In this document: piece by piece, positions 28,213-38,505 of the stretch | Layout: each line of letters starts with the position of its first letter | Position numbering within the stretch: position 1 is the first letter of the stretch | Source: Bacteroidia bacterium | GTDB lineage: Bacteria; Bacteroidota; Bacteroidia; M30B66 | DNA length: 64,000 bases | Direction: 5' to 3' | NCBI GenBank assembly: GCA_965279035.1 | Contig: OZ257142.1 | Location: forward strand, 2,752,001 to 2,816,000 | Made by a program: the position numbers and the translations under genes | Notes under the pieces: generated by a model | The model's database searches: none | Told to the model about the DNA's origin: nothing | What the model saw: only the letters and a program-made list of their open reading frames with translations

Positions 28213-29013
28213 TCAGGTCGCTTTGATGCGTTTGATCAAAAAATAAAATAAGGCTGGAAAATACCTCTTCAAATACACTGGAATTAATTCGGCTTTTCCA
28301 ACAAGAATTTCGGGTGATTTTCTCCGAATAGCTTTATCAATCGCTTGTGCACATTTCTCCGCACTTACACCGTTTCGTTGTCCATCGTCCATTTTACCAT
28401 GCGCCGAACCATCCGATTTTACTGCCGAAAACGAAATGTTAGTTTTCACTCTTCCGGGACAAACAATCGTAACATCAATGGGAATGTCTTTTAATTCTAA
28501 ACGCAATGCTCCGAAAAAGCCGAGTAATGCATGTTTAGCCGCTGCATATGTACTTCGTAATGTAAATCCAAACTTCCCGGCAATGCTCGATATCACAACG
28601 ACATGTCCTTTCCTGCGCGAAATAAAATGAGGAAGTACAGCTTTAGTTAAAGCAACAGGTGCAAAATAATCTAGTTCCATCAACTTGCGTTCAACTACTT
28701 CTGAGGTTTCCATGGCCAATGATCGCTGCGAAACACCTGCATTATTAACCAAAACATCAACATGACCAAAAAGGGAAATGGCTTTTTTTACCTGCCCAGG
28801 AAATGAATTCAAATCGAACATATCGAACGGTAAAAGCTCAACGTGTGAAATTTGAGTAAGACAGTTTGCTCTCACTTTTTCAAGTGCTTCTACATTACGA
28901 CCACTTAAAATAAGTGCATTCCCCGGTTTAGACAATTGCTTCGCAAGTGCAGCACCAATACCCGATGAGGCACCGGTTATCCAGAAAACTTTGAGATTCG
29001 ATTTATCTTCCAC
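28213..29013 (-). CDS. SDR oxidoreductase (DHRS7-like)
   Basis: WITGASSGIG, NNAGVSQRS, YAAAK; GTG start at 29013 inferred from the upstream TAATTTCG promoter. Confidence 0.9.
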   Translation of the reverse strand: MEDKSNLKVFWITGASSGIGAALAKQLSKPGNALILSGRNVEALEKVRANCLTQISHVELLPFDMFDLNSFPGQVKKAISLFGHVDVLVNNAGVSQRSLAMETSEVVERKLMELDYFAPVALTKAVLPHFISRRKGHVVVISSIAGKFGFTLRSTYAAAKHALLGFFGALRLELKDIPIDVTIVCPGRVKTNISFSAVKSDGSAHGKMDDGQRNGVSAEKCAQAIDKAIRRKSPEILVGKAELIPVYLKRYFPALFYFLIKRIKAT

Positions 29014-29115
29014 GTAGGGGACGAAATTAGAGAATTGCCAGCAACTCACGAAGACCTGTTGAATCATTCATTTAAAAATCCTCAAAACAGCTTGACAATG
29101 CTCTATTTTTAGCAC

Positions 29116-30723
29116 ATGAAGTTCAGCCATTTACTATTTGCTTTTTTGCTCCTCGCCTGCTCTGCTACTGCGCAAAACCGAATTCAAATTATTCCTCAAC
29201 CCGTTTCTGTCAAAGAAAATCCGGGCGAATTTCGAATAACACCTGCAACCGAAATTGCTATTTGGGGAGGTTCGTTGAGAACAGAAGCCATCTATCTGCG
29301 CGATTATATCAAACAGTATTTTCAATTCGATCTAAAAATTGATTCTTCTGGAAAATCAAAAGCAGTATCGCGCATTGTGCTTAACTACGATCGGCTCGAT
29401 CATCCTTTTCCAGGTGCATATAATTTAACTGTTAAAAGCGACGAAGTATATATCGGTGGCGACAATACCAGTGGTGTGTTTTATGGTATTCAAACCATCA
29501 TTCAACTTTTACCTACAAAAGCGGGCGAAGAACCACTTATTCCCAATGTCGAAATTCAAGATCATCCCCGATTTGCTTACCGTGGATTACACCTCGATGT
29601 AAGTCGACACTTCTTTCCAATCGAATATATAAAACGCTACCTCGATTACATTGCATATCATAAAATGAATGTCTTTCATTGGCATCTAACCGATGATCAA
29701 GGCTGGAGAATTGAAATAAAAAAATATCCATTATTAACCGAAGTCGGTGCTTGGCGCGATGGTACGCTCATCGGAAAACATCCCGGCAAAGGCTACGACA
29801 CACTACGTTACGGTGGATTTTACACTCAAGATCAAATCAAAGAAGTTGTTGCCTATGCAGCTTCGCGACATGTTGAAGTGATTCCCGAAATCGAAATGCC
29901 CGGTCATAGCATGGCGGCCATTGCAGCCTATCCGTTTTTAAGCACCACGCCCGACAAACCAAAGAAAGTAGCTAAAGGTTGGGTAAATTATGGCGATTAC
30001 GAATACAACAATGTGCTCAATCCGAGCGATACGACCTTCCAGTTTTTGGAAGATGTCTTAACCGAAGTCATGCAGCTTTTTCCTTCGCAATACATCCACA
30101 TTGGTGGCGATGAATGCTCGAAACGTTGGTGGAAAGAATCGGCTTTTTGTCAACAGTTGAAAAAAGAAAAAGGCTTAAAAGATGAAAAAGCACTTCAGAG
30201 TTATTTCATACAACGCGTCGAAAAATTCCTGAATTCGAAAGGAAAAACAATCATTGGTTGGAACGAAATTCTTCAAGGTGGATTAGCACCCAATGCGACT
30301 GTCATGAGTTGGATGGGTACATCAGGTGGAATATTTGCTGCAAAAAAGAATCATTATGTGGTAATGACTCCCGGAAATGCCTGCTATTTCGATCATCCGC
30401 AACGTTTCAAAGACGATTCCACTGGATTAGGAAAACCGGTTTTGATTGATAGCGTGTATGCCTACAACCCAATTCCAAAGGTGTTGAGCCCCAATCTTCA
30501 CAAATACATTTTAGGTGCACAAGCCAATGTTTGGACCGAATATATTGGGAATACATCCAAACTCGAATACATGCTTTTTCCGCGATTAGCAGCCATGAGC
30601 GAAGTTGTTTGGAGCCCACAACAAACACGCAGTTTCGCAAGTTTCAAAAAACGCATGAGCGCACAATTTCAGCGATACGATACTTGGGGAATTCACTATT
30701 GTGATGAATTAATTAAACGTTGA
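29116..30723 (+). CDS. Beta-N-acetylhexosaminidase (GH20)
   Basis: RGLHLDVSRHF, HWHLTDDQGWR, PEIEMPGH, catalytic HIGGDE, WTEY; signal peptide. Confidence 0.95.
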   Translation: MKFSHLLFAFLLLACSATAQNRIQIIPQPVSVKENPGEFRITPATEIAIWGGSLRTEAIYLRDYIKQYFQFDLKIDSSGKSKAVSRIVLNYDRLDHPFPGAYNLTVKSDEVYIGGDNTSGVFYGIQTIIQLLPTKAGEEPLIPNVEIQDHPRFAYRGLHLDVSRHFFPIEYIKRYLDYIAYHKMNVFHWHLTDDQGWRIEIKKYPLLTEVGAWRDGTLIGKHPGKGYDTLRYGGFYTQDQIKEVVAYAASRHVEVIPEIEMPGHSMAAIAAYPFLSTTPDKPKKVAKGWVNYGDYEYNNVLNPSDTTFQFLEDVLTEVMQLFPSQYIHIGGDECSKRWWKESAFCQQLKKEKGLKDEKALQSYFIQRVEKFLNSKGKTIIGWNEILQGGLAPNATVMSWMGTSGGIFAAKKNHYVVMTPGNACYFDHPQRFKDDSTGLGKPVLIDSVYAYNPIPKVLSPNLHKYILGAQANVWTEYIGNTSKLEYMLFPRLAAMSEVVWSPQQTRSFASFKKRMSAQFQRYDTWGIHYCDELIKR

Positions 30724-30729
30724 TTTTGG

Positions 30730-30860
30730 GCATGCCCCTTTGTGCTTTCGCTCTGCCCAACGCACAACAAAGGGTCGCGTCTTCGCCTCTAAGTCCTTTT
30801 GTGAGCCTTCGCTTAGGCTTCGGTTCACAAGGCGAGCTATCCGGCTCAACCGCTCATGCA
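30730..30860 (-). ncRNA. Flavo-1-like structured repeat/ncRNA, copy C
   Basis: Shares 21-nt TGCATGAGCGGTTGAGCCGGA and 17-nt GAGGCGAAGACGCGACC with 2814-2944; variable stems differ in sequence but still pair. Confidence 0.6.
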
Positions 30861-30921
30861 ACATTTCGTAAATTCTCAACTTATAAATCGAATAGTTAAA
30901 TTACCGTTCACGAAAAAAACA

Positions 30922-31359
30922 ATGATGAAATCGAACAGTATATTATTTAATGTTATCTGTCTTTTATTCATCCTCACAGGATGCCAACATGCTGAAACAA
31001 AAAAAGAAAGCAGCATTCAACAAGAAACAAGCTACACAGGCCGCGTCCCATGCGCCGATTGTGCTGGAATTGATCTTCACGTAAATATCAAACCACAAAG
31101 CGATACCAATGGAACCTTTCATTTATTTCAAACATTTATCGAAACAAAAGAAGGTGATCAATCATTCAGCGATAGCGGTTCATACTCCATCAAAAAAGGA
31201 ATCATTGCCAATCCCGAAGCTACTATTTTAGTATTCCATCCCAATCAACCCGAAATCACACGTTACTTCGAACGCAAAGGAGATACAGCTCTATTGTGTC
31301 TTGGCAACAATGGACAACGTATTAATTCTAAACTTAATTATTTATTAAAGAAGCAATAA
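30922..31359 (+). CDS. NlpE/CutF N-terminal-domain lipoprotein
   Basis: Lipobox LTG-C; YTGRVPCADCAGI motif; LNYLLK tail. Start moved to ATG 30922. Confidence 0.85.
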   Translation: MMKSNSILFNVICLLFILTGCQHAETKKESSIQQETSYTGRVPCADCAGIDLHVNIKPQSDTNGTFHLFQTFIETKEGDQSFSDSGSYSIKKGIIANPEATILVFHPNQPEITRYFERKGDTALLCLGNNGQRINSKLNYLLKKQ

Positions 31360-31461
31360 GATTATTAATAAAATCAAGCAATATAAACCCTGAATTAATT
31401 TTCCATCAAGCCCTAAATTGGCGCAAAAGTCAATTATCTTCGTCCCCTATTATCCAACCCG

Positions 31462-33747
31462 ATGCGTCGCACCATTTTATTTTATCTAAGTATAATTATA
31501 GGAGCTATTGCATCTATTTGGTATGTAGTGCGATCAGGCAAACTGCTCGAAATCGGTAGGCCAATCGAAACTCCTGCTAAAATTGAAACTCCCGATTTAT
31601 TACAACATAGCATCGATTCGTTTGTCACCAATTTACATCATCCTTTAGCCATATTAATTCTTCAAATTGTTGCAATCATCGTTGTTGCCCGAATCTTTGG
31701 TTTGCTTTTTACTCGCATGGGCCAACCTTCGGTCATCGGCGAAATAACTGCCGGAATTATTTTAGGACCATCGCTTTTGGGCATGTACTTTCCCGAATAT
31801 TCTTTATTTCTTTTCCCTAAAGAATCTCTCGGAAATCTGCAATTTCTAAGTCAAGTTGGTTTAATCCTTTTCATGTTTGTTATTGGCATGGAGCTCGACT
31901 TAAATGTGTTAAAAAATAAAGCACACGAAGCTGTTGTAATTTCGCATGCCAGCATTGTGATTCCATATACTTTGGGAATGGCACTCGCCTATTTCATTTA
32001 TGCTGATTTTGCTCCTCCCAATATTCCCTTTTTATCCTTTGGATTATTCATGGGAATTGCCATGAGTATCACCGCATTTCCGGTATTGGCAAGAATTATC
32101 CAAGAACGAGGCTTAACCCGAACAAAACTGGGCGCCATCGCAATCACCAGCGCAGCAGCCGACGATATTACCGCATGGTGCATTTTAGCAGCTGTTATCG
32201 CTATTGTTAAAGCCGGCACCTTAGTTACCGCTTTATTTACTATCGGATTTTCGCTCGTATATGTAGTGATTATGGTGTATTTAATTGGTCCCTTTTTAAA
32301 ACGATTAGGTTCCATTTATTCTAACCGCGAAACCATTTCAAAAGGCATAGTTGCACTCGTTTTTGTCATATTATTAGCATCAGCCTATACCACCGAAATC
32401 ATTGGAATTCATGCCTTATTCGGGGCTTTTCTAGCAGGTGTTATTATGCCGCCTAACTTGAATTTCAGAAAGATTTTAATTGATAAAATCGAAGATGTTT
32501 CACTCGTTTTATTACTGCCTTTATTTTTCGTATTAACGGGTTTAAGAACACAAATCGGATTATTAAACGATGCCCATTTATGGCAATTATGTGGCGTTGT
32601 TATTTCTGTTGCAGTTGCTGGAAAATTCGTGGGTTCGGCACTTGCAGCCAAAATCATTGGTCAAAGCTGGAAAGAAAGTTTATCCATTGGTGCCTTAATG
32701 AATACCCGTGGACTCATGGAATTAATCGTACTCAATATTGGATACGATTTGGGAATACTCACGCCAACTATTTTCGCAATGATGGTGATTATGGCGCTCG
32801 TAACAACCTTCATGACTGGACCATCACTTACCTTTATTAATTGGGCATTCAAAGAAAAATACGTTCAACCTGAAATAATTCCAATCAAAAAAGAGACACC
32901 ATCCTATAAAATTTTAATTTCATTTGGACTTGCAAGTTCAGGCCGAAAAATCCTACGATTAGCAGCTCAAATGTTTGGACATGACAATCATTTGGTAAAT
33001 TATACAGCCATTCACGTTACACCAAGTGCCGATGTGAGTTTATTGAATGTGGCAGAGTTTGAACAACAAAGTTTTCGCCCCATTCGTACCGAAGCAGAAA
33101 AACTAAAAATTGATTTAAAATCACATTATAAATTAAGTAATGATTTAAATAAAGAGGTATCAGGAATTATTGAAGAAAATGAAATAAACATTTTATTAAT
33201 TGGTGCTGGAAAATCACTGTACACTGGATCTTTATTAGGAAACATTGTTGGAGTTACAAAAGCCTTATCACCCGAAAACCTTTTAGGAACAATCACTGGT
33301 GCGAATCCTCTTTTTAGAACCGATTATTTAATTGATGATAAAGCGCGTCAATTTGTCGAAAATGCACTCTGCGATGTAGGCGTTTTAATTGACCGTGACT
33401 TTAGCGATGCCGGCACTATTTTCCTTCCTTTATTTGGAGAAGAAGATGCCTATTTATTGAATTATGCACGCAAATTTATTCTGAATTCAAAATCAGATAT
33501 TTCGGTGATGGATGCATTTGATCAAATGACTGCCGATTCTGTAATGAAAGAAAAATACAATCGTTTACAATCCGAATTCCCCGAACGCATTCATTTACTG
33601 ACTGCAAAAACAATTGGAAAAGATTTCCTATCTCAACAGGAATTAATGCTAATTAATTATCAAAGCTGGAAAGGATTAATTGATAGCAAAAGTCTGTGGT
33701 TAGAACACATTCCAAGTGTGCTTATACTTCGCTCCCATTTACAGTAA
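31462..33747 (+). CDS. Cation:proton antiporter (CPA2/CHX-like) with C-terminal USP-like region
   Basis: GQPSVIGE, SITAFPVLARI, AAADD, LMNTRGLMELI motifs. Confidence 0.92.
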   Translation: MRRTILFYLSIIIGAIASIWYVVRSGKLLEIGRPIETPAKIETPDLLQHSIDSFVTNLHHPLAILILQIVAIIVVARIFGLLFTRMGQPSVIGEITAGIILGPSLLGMYFPEYSLFLFPKESLGNLQFLSQVGLILFMFVIGMELDLNVLKNKAHEAVVISHASIVIPYTLGMALAYFIYADFAPPNIPFLSFGLFMGIAMSITAFPVLARIIQERGLTRTKLGAIAITSAAADDITAWCILAAVIAIVKAGTLVTALFTIGFSLVYVVIMVYLIGPFLKRLGSIYSNRETISKGIVALVFVILLASAYTTEIIGIHALFGAFLAGVIMPPNLNFRKILIDKIEDVSLVLLLPLFFVLTGLRTQIGLLNDAHLWQLCGVVISVAVAGKFVGSALAAKIIGQSWKESLSIGALMNTRGLMELIVLNIGYDLGILTPTIFAMMVIMALVTTFMTGPSLTFINWAFKEKYVQPEIIPIKKETPSYKILISFGLASSGRKILRLAAQMFGHDNHLVNYTAIHVTPSADVSLLNVAEFEQQSFRPIRTEAEKLKIDLKSHYKLSNDLNKEVSGIIEENEINILLIGAGKSLYTGSLLGNIVGVTKALSPENLLGTITGANPLFRTDYLIDDKARQFVENALCDVGVLIDRDFSDAGTIFLPLFGEEDAYLLNYARKFILNSKSDISVMDAFDQMTADSVMKEKYNRLQSEFPERIHLLTAKTIGKDFLSQQELMLINYQSWKGLIDSKSLWLEHIPSVLILRSHLQ

Positions 33748-35044
33748 TTGCTGGGATTTTTAGCGATCTTAATTTCAATAGAAATACTAAGCCTAAAACA
33801 AACAAAACGCCCAGTAATAATATAGATGCTCGCATCGATCCAGTCAGCGTTTCGAGTAAACCAAAAAGAAATGTCCCCAACACTACCGACATTTTTTCGG
33901 TAACATCGTAAAAACTAAAATAGGCTGTATGATCATTCGTTTCAGGTAAAAGTCGTGCATACGTCGAACGTGCCAAAGCTTGAACACCACCCATCACCAA
34001 ACCCACAACACTGGCAAGAATCATAAAACCGATTGATTCTGTAACATAGTAAGCTCCAACACAGATTCCTATCCAAATTACAACAGATGTAATCATGGCT
34101 TCCATATTCCCATATCGCTTCGAAAGCTTAGCAAATCCAATTGATCCAGCTACACCAACAAGTTGAATAATAAGTATTGTAGGAATCAAAACTTCATCCT
34201 TTAAACCAATTTCCTTTTTCCCAAAATTAGCTGCCATATACATGATTGTTAATACAGCCATCATCGTAAAAAAGAAAGCAAATAAATAGGTTCGTAAAAC
34301 CTGAGAAGCCTTGAATTCTCTCCATACTGTAGCTAGTTCGCGGTAACCATTCATCAATGGATTAGCGACTTTCATTTTTACTGAAGTATATTTTGGTAGA
34401 TAATAAAACGTGTATTGAGCAAAACCTATCCACCAAATTCCAACAGTAATAAAACTAATTCGGGCGGCCATGCCATTTTTAATTAAGCCAAACAATTCAG
34501 GCTTAAGCAACATGATTAAATTAATAATAAGCAATACCACACCACCAATATATCCTAGCGCATAACCTCGAGCTGAAATATGATCTTCTTCGCCCTTAGG
34601 AGCAATTTCGGGTAACCAAGCATTGTAAAAAACCAATCCACCGCTATATCCAATTCCTGCTAATGTAAAAGCGATAATTCCCCATTCTAAACGATCGGCT
34701 GTAAAAAAATAAAGTCCAGCACATGCCAATCCACCAATCCAGGTAAACAATTTCATAAAGAATTTACGTCTCCCTGTATAATCTGCAATGGAAGCTAAAA
34801 TGGGCGAAAACAAAGCTACAATGAGAAAAGAAGCCGACACAGCCCAAGCATACAGCGATGTATTTACCACCTGGAATCCGAAAAAAGAAACCATTCCATG
34901 TTCATCACCTTTCGCTACAAACCCATAATAAGCGGGCAAAATTGCCGAAGTAATACTTAATTGATACACCGAATTTGCCCAATCAAAAACTGTCCAAGCA
35001 CGAATGACCTTTTTGTCACCTCGAATTTCCTTCATTGACATCAA
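33722..35044 (-). CDS. MFS transporter (UMF1/ATG22-like)
   Basis: AWTVFDWANS, FYNAWLP, GYALGYIG, QALARS motifs; about 12 TMs. Confidence 0.88.
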   Translation of the reverse strand: MMSMKEIRGDKKVIRAWTVFDWANSVYQLSITSAILPAYYGFVAKGDEHGMVSFFGFQVVNTSLYAWAVSASFLIVALFSPILASIADYTGRRKFFMKLFTWIGGLACAGLYFFTADRLEWGIIAFTLAGIGYSGGLVFYNAWLPEIAPKGEEDHISARGYALGYIGGVVLLIINLIMLLKPELFGLIKNGMAARISFITVGIWWIGFAQYTFYYLPKYTSVKMKVANPLMNGYRELATVWREFKASQVLRTYLFAFFFTMMAVLTIMYMAANFGKKEIGLKDEVLIPTILIIQLVGVAGSIGFAKLSKRYGNMEAMITSVVIWIGICVGAYYVTESIGFMILASVVGLVMGGVQALARSTYARLLPETNDHTAYFSFYDVTEKMSVVLGTFLFGLLETLTGSMRASILLLGVLFVLGLVFLLKLRSLKIPAITVNGSEV

Positions 35045-35123
35045 ATTATTTCTTATTCTAAATCACGAAAGTAATGGTGAAAGCACTAATTTCGATGCAC
35101 CAATTTTAACTTGAATTTCAAGC

Positions 35124-35993
35124 ATGAATTCTTTCGAATCAACTGAAACAATATTAGTCCCTGTTGACTTTTCCGAAATCACAGCTCCAGCTCTTGCACA
35201 CGCAAAACTGTATGCCGAAATTTTCAAAAAACCAATTAAGCTTGTTCATTTGATCGATAAAGGTTGGGGCGATAAAGAACATGAGTTGCAATTGGAAGAA
35301 GATGAAGCACTCTCAAAACTTCAAAATCTTGCTGAAGAAATATATGACGAAAGTGGAATTGAAACAACTGTTCTTGTGCGACGTGGTCATTTCCATGATG
35401 GCATTGGAGAACTAGCTGCCGAATTAAATGCAACACTAGTGATTATGGGTACCAAAGGTATTCGAGGATTACAACGTTGGACGGGGAGCAATGCCATGAG
35501 AGTCATTCGTAATACGAAGGACGTTCCATTTATTGTAGTTCAAGAAGAACCGAAACGAGATAGTATAAAAACAGTTGTTCTTCCCTTTTCTTTTACAGTA
35601 GAAAGTCGCCAAAAACTGGCTTGGTCTATTCATTTAGCCAAACTTTTCAATTGCCATTTCTTATTACTTGCAGAACATCAAACAGATGAATTCATTCGTC
35701 ACCGAATGGATAATAACATGACATTTGCAAAAAAATATTTAACCCAACACGGCTGTAGTTTTTCTGTAGATACAGCAAGTGGTTCAACTGCATTTCATAA
35801 AGAAATTATCATTTACTCGGCAGCAAAAGAAGCCGATTTGTTATTGATTATGACCGATGAGGAACGTGACTTTTCAGAAATTTTCACCGGATCTCATGAA
35901 CAGGATATCATTGCAAACGAAAAGAAAATTCCTGTGATGGTAATGAATCCAGTTGATAATATGCAAATACTGGGTGCCGCGATGTTCCAATAA
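35124..35993 (+). CDS. Universal stress protein (tandem USP domains)
   Basis: ILVPVDFS, LVIMGTKG..G....GSN, IPVMV. Confidence 0.9.
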   Translation: MNSFESTETILVPVDFSEITAPALAHAKLYAEIFKKPIKLVHLIDKGWGDKEHELQLEEDEALSKLQNLAEEIYDESGIETTVLVRRGHFHDGIGELAAELNATLVIMGTKGIRGLQRWTGSNAMRVIRNTKDVPFIVVQEEPKRDSIKTVVLPFSFTVESRQKLAWSIHLAKLFNCHFLLLAEHQTDEFIRHRMDNNMTFAKKYLTQHGCSFSVDTASGSTAFHKEIIIYSAAKEADLLLIMTDEERDFSEIFTGSHEQDIIANEKKIPVMVMNPVDNMQILGAAMFQ

Positions 35994-36014
35994 ATAATAG
36001 AATTGATTTAATAG

Positions 36015-36049
36015 AAAGCAGCTTGATTCAATCAGGCTGCTTTTTTTTT
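36015..36049 (+). terminator. Intrinsic terminator after the USP gene
   Basis: AAAGCAGCTTGAT-TCA-ATCAGGCTGC followed by T9. Confidence 0.85.
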
Positions 36050-36185
36050 CTTGAGTTTGAATATATTTCTCCAATTCAAGTATTCATCAACTAACAAATT
36101 GAATTTAAATCATCAATCAATTCAAGAAAATTAACTCATTCTAAAAGCGAATAAATTGATTTAGAAAATGTACTTTCGCGTCCCG

Positions 36186-36803
36186 ATGAGCAGAAGACCT
36201 TATGTTGTTGGAATCTCTGGCGGGAGCGCTTCGGGAAAAACCTCTTTCCTGAAGAATTTATGCGAAGCTTTGCCTCTTGGTGCGGCTTGCATTATTTCGC
36301 AGGACAATTACTACCTTCCTAAAGAACAGCAAATTAAAGACGAGAATAATCAAATCAATTTCGATTTGCCAACGTCTATTCACCGCGATGCATTTTATGC
36401 GGATATGCGGCATTTGATGAATGGAGAACAAGTGATCATCCAAGAATATACTTTCAACAACGCATCGCATTCTTCCCAAACTATCGAACTCAATCCAGCT
36501 CCCATCATCATCATGGAAGGATTGTTCATCTTTCACTACGAAGAAATTCGCAAGCAACTCGATTTAAAAGTTTACATCGATGCACGTGAAGACCTCAAAT
36601 TGGAACGTCGCTTACGTCGCGATAAAGACGAACGTGGCTATCCCGAAGAAACTGTATTGTATCAATGGAACAACCATGTGATGCCCAGCTATCATCAGTA
36701 TTTACGCCCTTACCGCGATGATGCTGATATTATTGTAACCAACAACATTAGCTACGACAAAGGATTAGCTGTTTTAGTAAATCATTTACGCAGCATTCTT
36801 TAA
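36186..36803 (+). CDS. udk: Uridine kinase
   Basis: GISGGSASGKT P-loop, SQDNYY, NFDLP, RRLRRD..ERG. Start moved to ATG 36186. Confidence 0.85.
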   Translation: MSRRPYVVGISGGSASGKTSFLKNLCEALPLGAACIISQDNYYLPKEQQIKDENNQINFDLPTSIHRDAFYADMRHLMNGEQVIIQEYTFNNASHSSQTIELNPAPIIIMEGLFIFHYEEIRKQLDLKVYIDAREDLKLERRLRRDKDERGYPEETVLYQWNNHVMPSYHQYLRPYRDDADIIVTNNISYDKGLAVLVNHLRSIL

Positions 36804-36812
36804 TTGAACCTT

Positions 36813-36852
36813 AAAAAAAATCCCCGGTAACTCAACATTACCGGGGATTTTT
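36813..36852. terminator. Bidirectional terminator between udk and lepB
   Basis: A8-TCCCCGGTAA-loop-TTACCGGGGA-T5. Confidence 0.88.
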
Positions 36853-36870
36853 CATTTCTGTGATTTGCTA

Positions 36871-38505
36871 TTAATGCTTTACACGAAAACGATTTCGATT
36901 ATTCCAACCTACAATTAGCAATACAAGTGGAATCATGATATATAAGAAATAGGATTTAGTCACACCATCATTTCGAATAAAGCTAAATACACGTTCGAAA
37001 CGAATATTTGGAAAACTGCGGTTGGTCGAGCGACTTAACCAAATAAATACGGCTTTTCCAACAATGTGATCGTGTGGTACAAATCCCCAAAAGCGCGAAT
37101 CAGCGGAGTTGTGACGATTATCACCCATCATAAAATAATAATCTTGCTTAAATGTATAGCTCGTTGCAGGAACTCCATTAATCAGAATTTGAGTTCCATT
37201 TATTTTTAAATCATTGCCTTCGTATACCCCAATGATGCGTTTATACAAATGGATAGAATGCGTATCGAGCGCTACTTGAACTCCTGCTTTCGGTATTACG
37301 AGCGGTCCGTAATTATCTTTATTCCAATTATACGATGGAGCATTGGGGAAAATATCTGGATCATAGGTTCCAGCTGGATCCATGCGTTCGGCCATTTGAG
37401 CCACTAAGGGTGAATCTTTTAGCTTCTCCTTATTCTTTCCATTCAAATGCACTTGCCACAAATTCGCATTGGCAATGTTTCGATAGCGCTCTGCATCTGT
37501 TACATCAAGTTTATCGAATGTTTTTTGTGGATCGTCCAAGGATTTAAATTGTAAATCATAAGAGAATTGCATCATCTCAGGATTCACTGCTGCTTGATCG
37601 TTAATGTATAGCTGCTTGTTTTTAATTTCTAATTTATCACCAGCAACAGCAACACAGCGTTTTACGTAATTATCGCGTTTATCAACCGGACGAGCGACAA
37701 CTTTCCCAAATGGTTTTTGATTGTATGGATTGATTGCATTGGGTGTATTTACTTGTTGCCATCCAAAAGAACGAACCAATCGATAATAGCTAATATTCTG
37801 CATGTTGATAGAAACCGTATCGCCATCAGGATAATTGAAAACAACGATGTCGTTATTTTTTACTTTCCCAAAACCTGGAAACCGAAAATATGGGAGTTCA
37901 ATCCATTCGGAATAGGAAGGAACCGTTTCGGTAAAAGGCATTGTGTGATGCGTAAACGGAATGGTAAGCGGAGTATTAGGTGTTTTGGCGCCGTAGCTTA
38001 CTTTACTTACAAAAAGGAAATCACCTACGAGCAAGGTTTTCTCCATGGAGGAAGTTGGAATGGTAAAGGCTTCGAAGAAAAATGTGCGAACAATGGTTGC
38101 AACAACCACAGCAAAGACAATGGCTTCGGACCATTCAACGCCTTTAGTTCTTTCGTATTTTTTCCAATAATCAGCACCCATGAAGCGGTATTTATCGCCA
38201 AAACCGAGGTAGCAGATATAGAAAGGAAAGAAGATAATTCCCGCAATAATTTCGAGTGTTGATTCCACTTCAAAATTACGCATGGTCAGAAAAACCATGA
38301 TCAAAACCATCATCAAGTTAACACCGGGAATAAGCAATAAAATCAACCACCACCATGGTTTATCGATAATGCGAAGCCAAACCCAAAAATTGTATCCGGG
38401 TACAAAGGCTTCCCAAGCTTGACGACCAGCTTTGGTGAAAATTTTAGAAAGGCCAAGAAATAAAATGACCAGCAAAAGAATATTTACGATCCACTTATAA
38501 TCCAT
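36871..38505 (-). CDS. lepB: Signal peptidase I with N-terminal DUF5684-like membrane domain
   Basis: IPTSSMEKTL (Ser), YVKRC (Lys), GDNRHNSADSRFWG. Confidence 0.95.
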   Translation of the reverse strand: MDYKWIVNILLLVILFLGLSKIFTKAGRQAWEAFVPGYNFWVWLRIIDKPWWWLILLLIPGVNLMMVLIMVFLTMRNFEVESTLEIIAGIIFFPFYICYLGFGDKYRFMGADYWKKYERTKGVEWSEAIVFAVVVATIVRTFFFEAFTIPTSSMEKTLLVGDFLFVSKVSYGAKTPNTPLTIPFTHHTMPFTETVPSYSEWIELPYFRFPGFGKVKNNDIVVFNYPDGDTVSINMQNISYYRLVRSFGWQQVNTPNAINPYNQKPFGKVVARPVDKRDNYVKRCVAVAGDKLEIKNKQLYINDQAAVNPEMMQFSYDLQFKSLDDPQKTFDKLDVTDAERYRNIANANLWQVHLNGKNKEKLKDSPLVAQMAERMDPAGTYDPDIFPNAPSYNWNKDNYGPLVIPKAGVQVALDTHSIHLYKRIIGVYEGNDLKINGTQILINGVPATSYTFKQDYYFMMGDNRHNSADSRFWGFVPHDHIVGKAVFIWLSRSTNRSFPNIRFERVFSFIRNDGVTKSYFLYIMIPLVLLIVGWNNRNRFRVKH

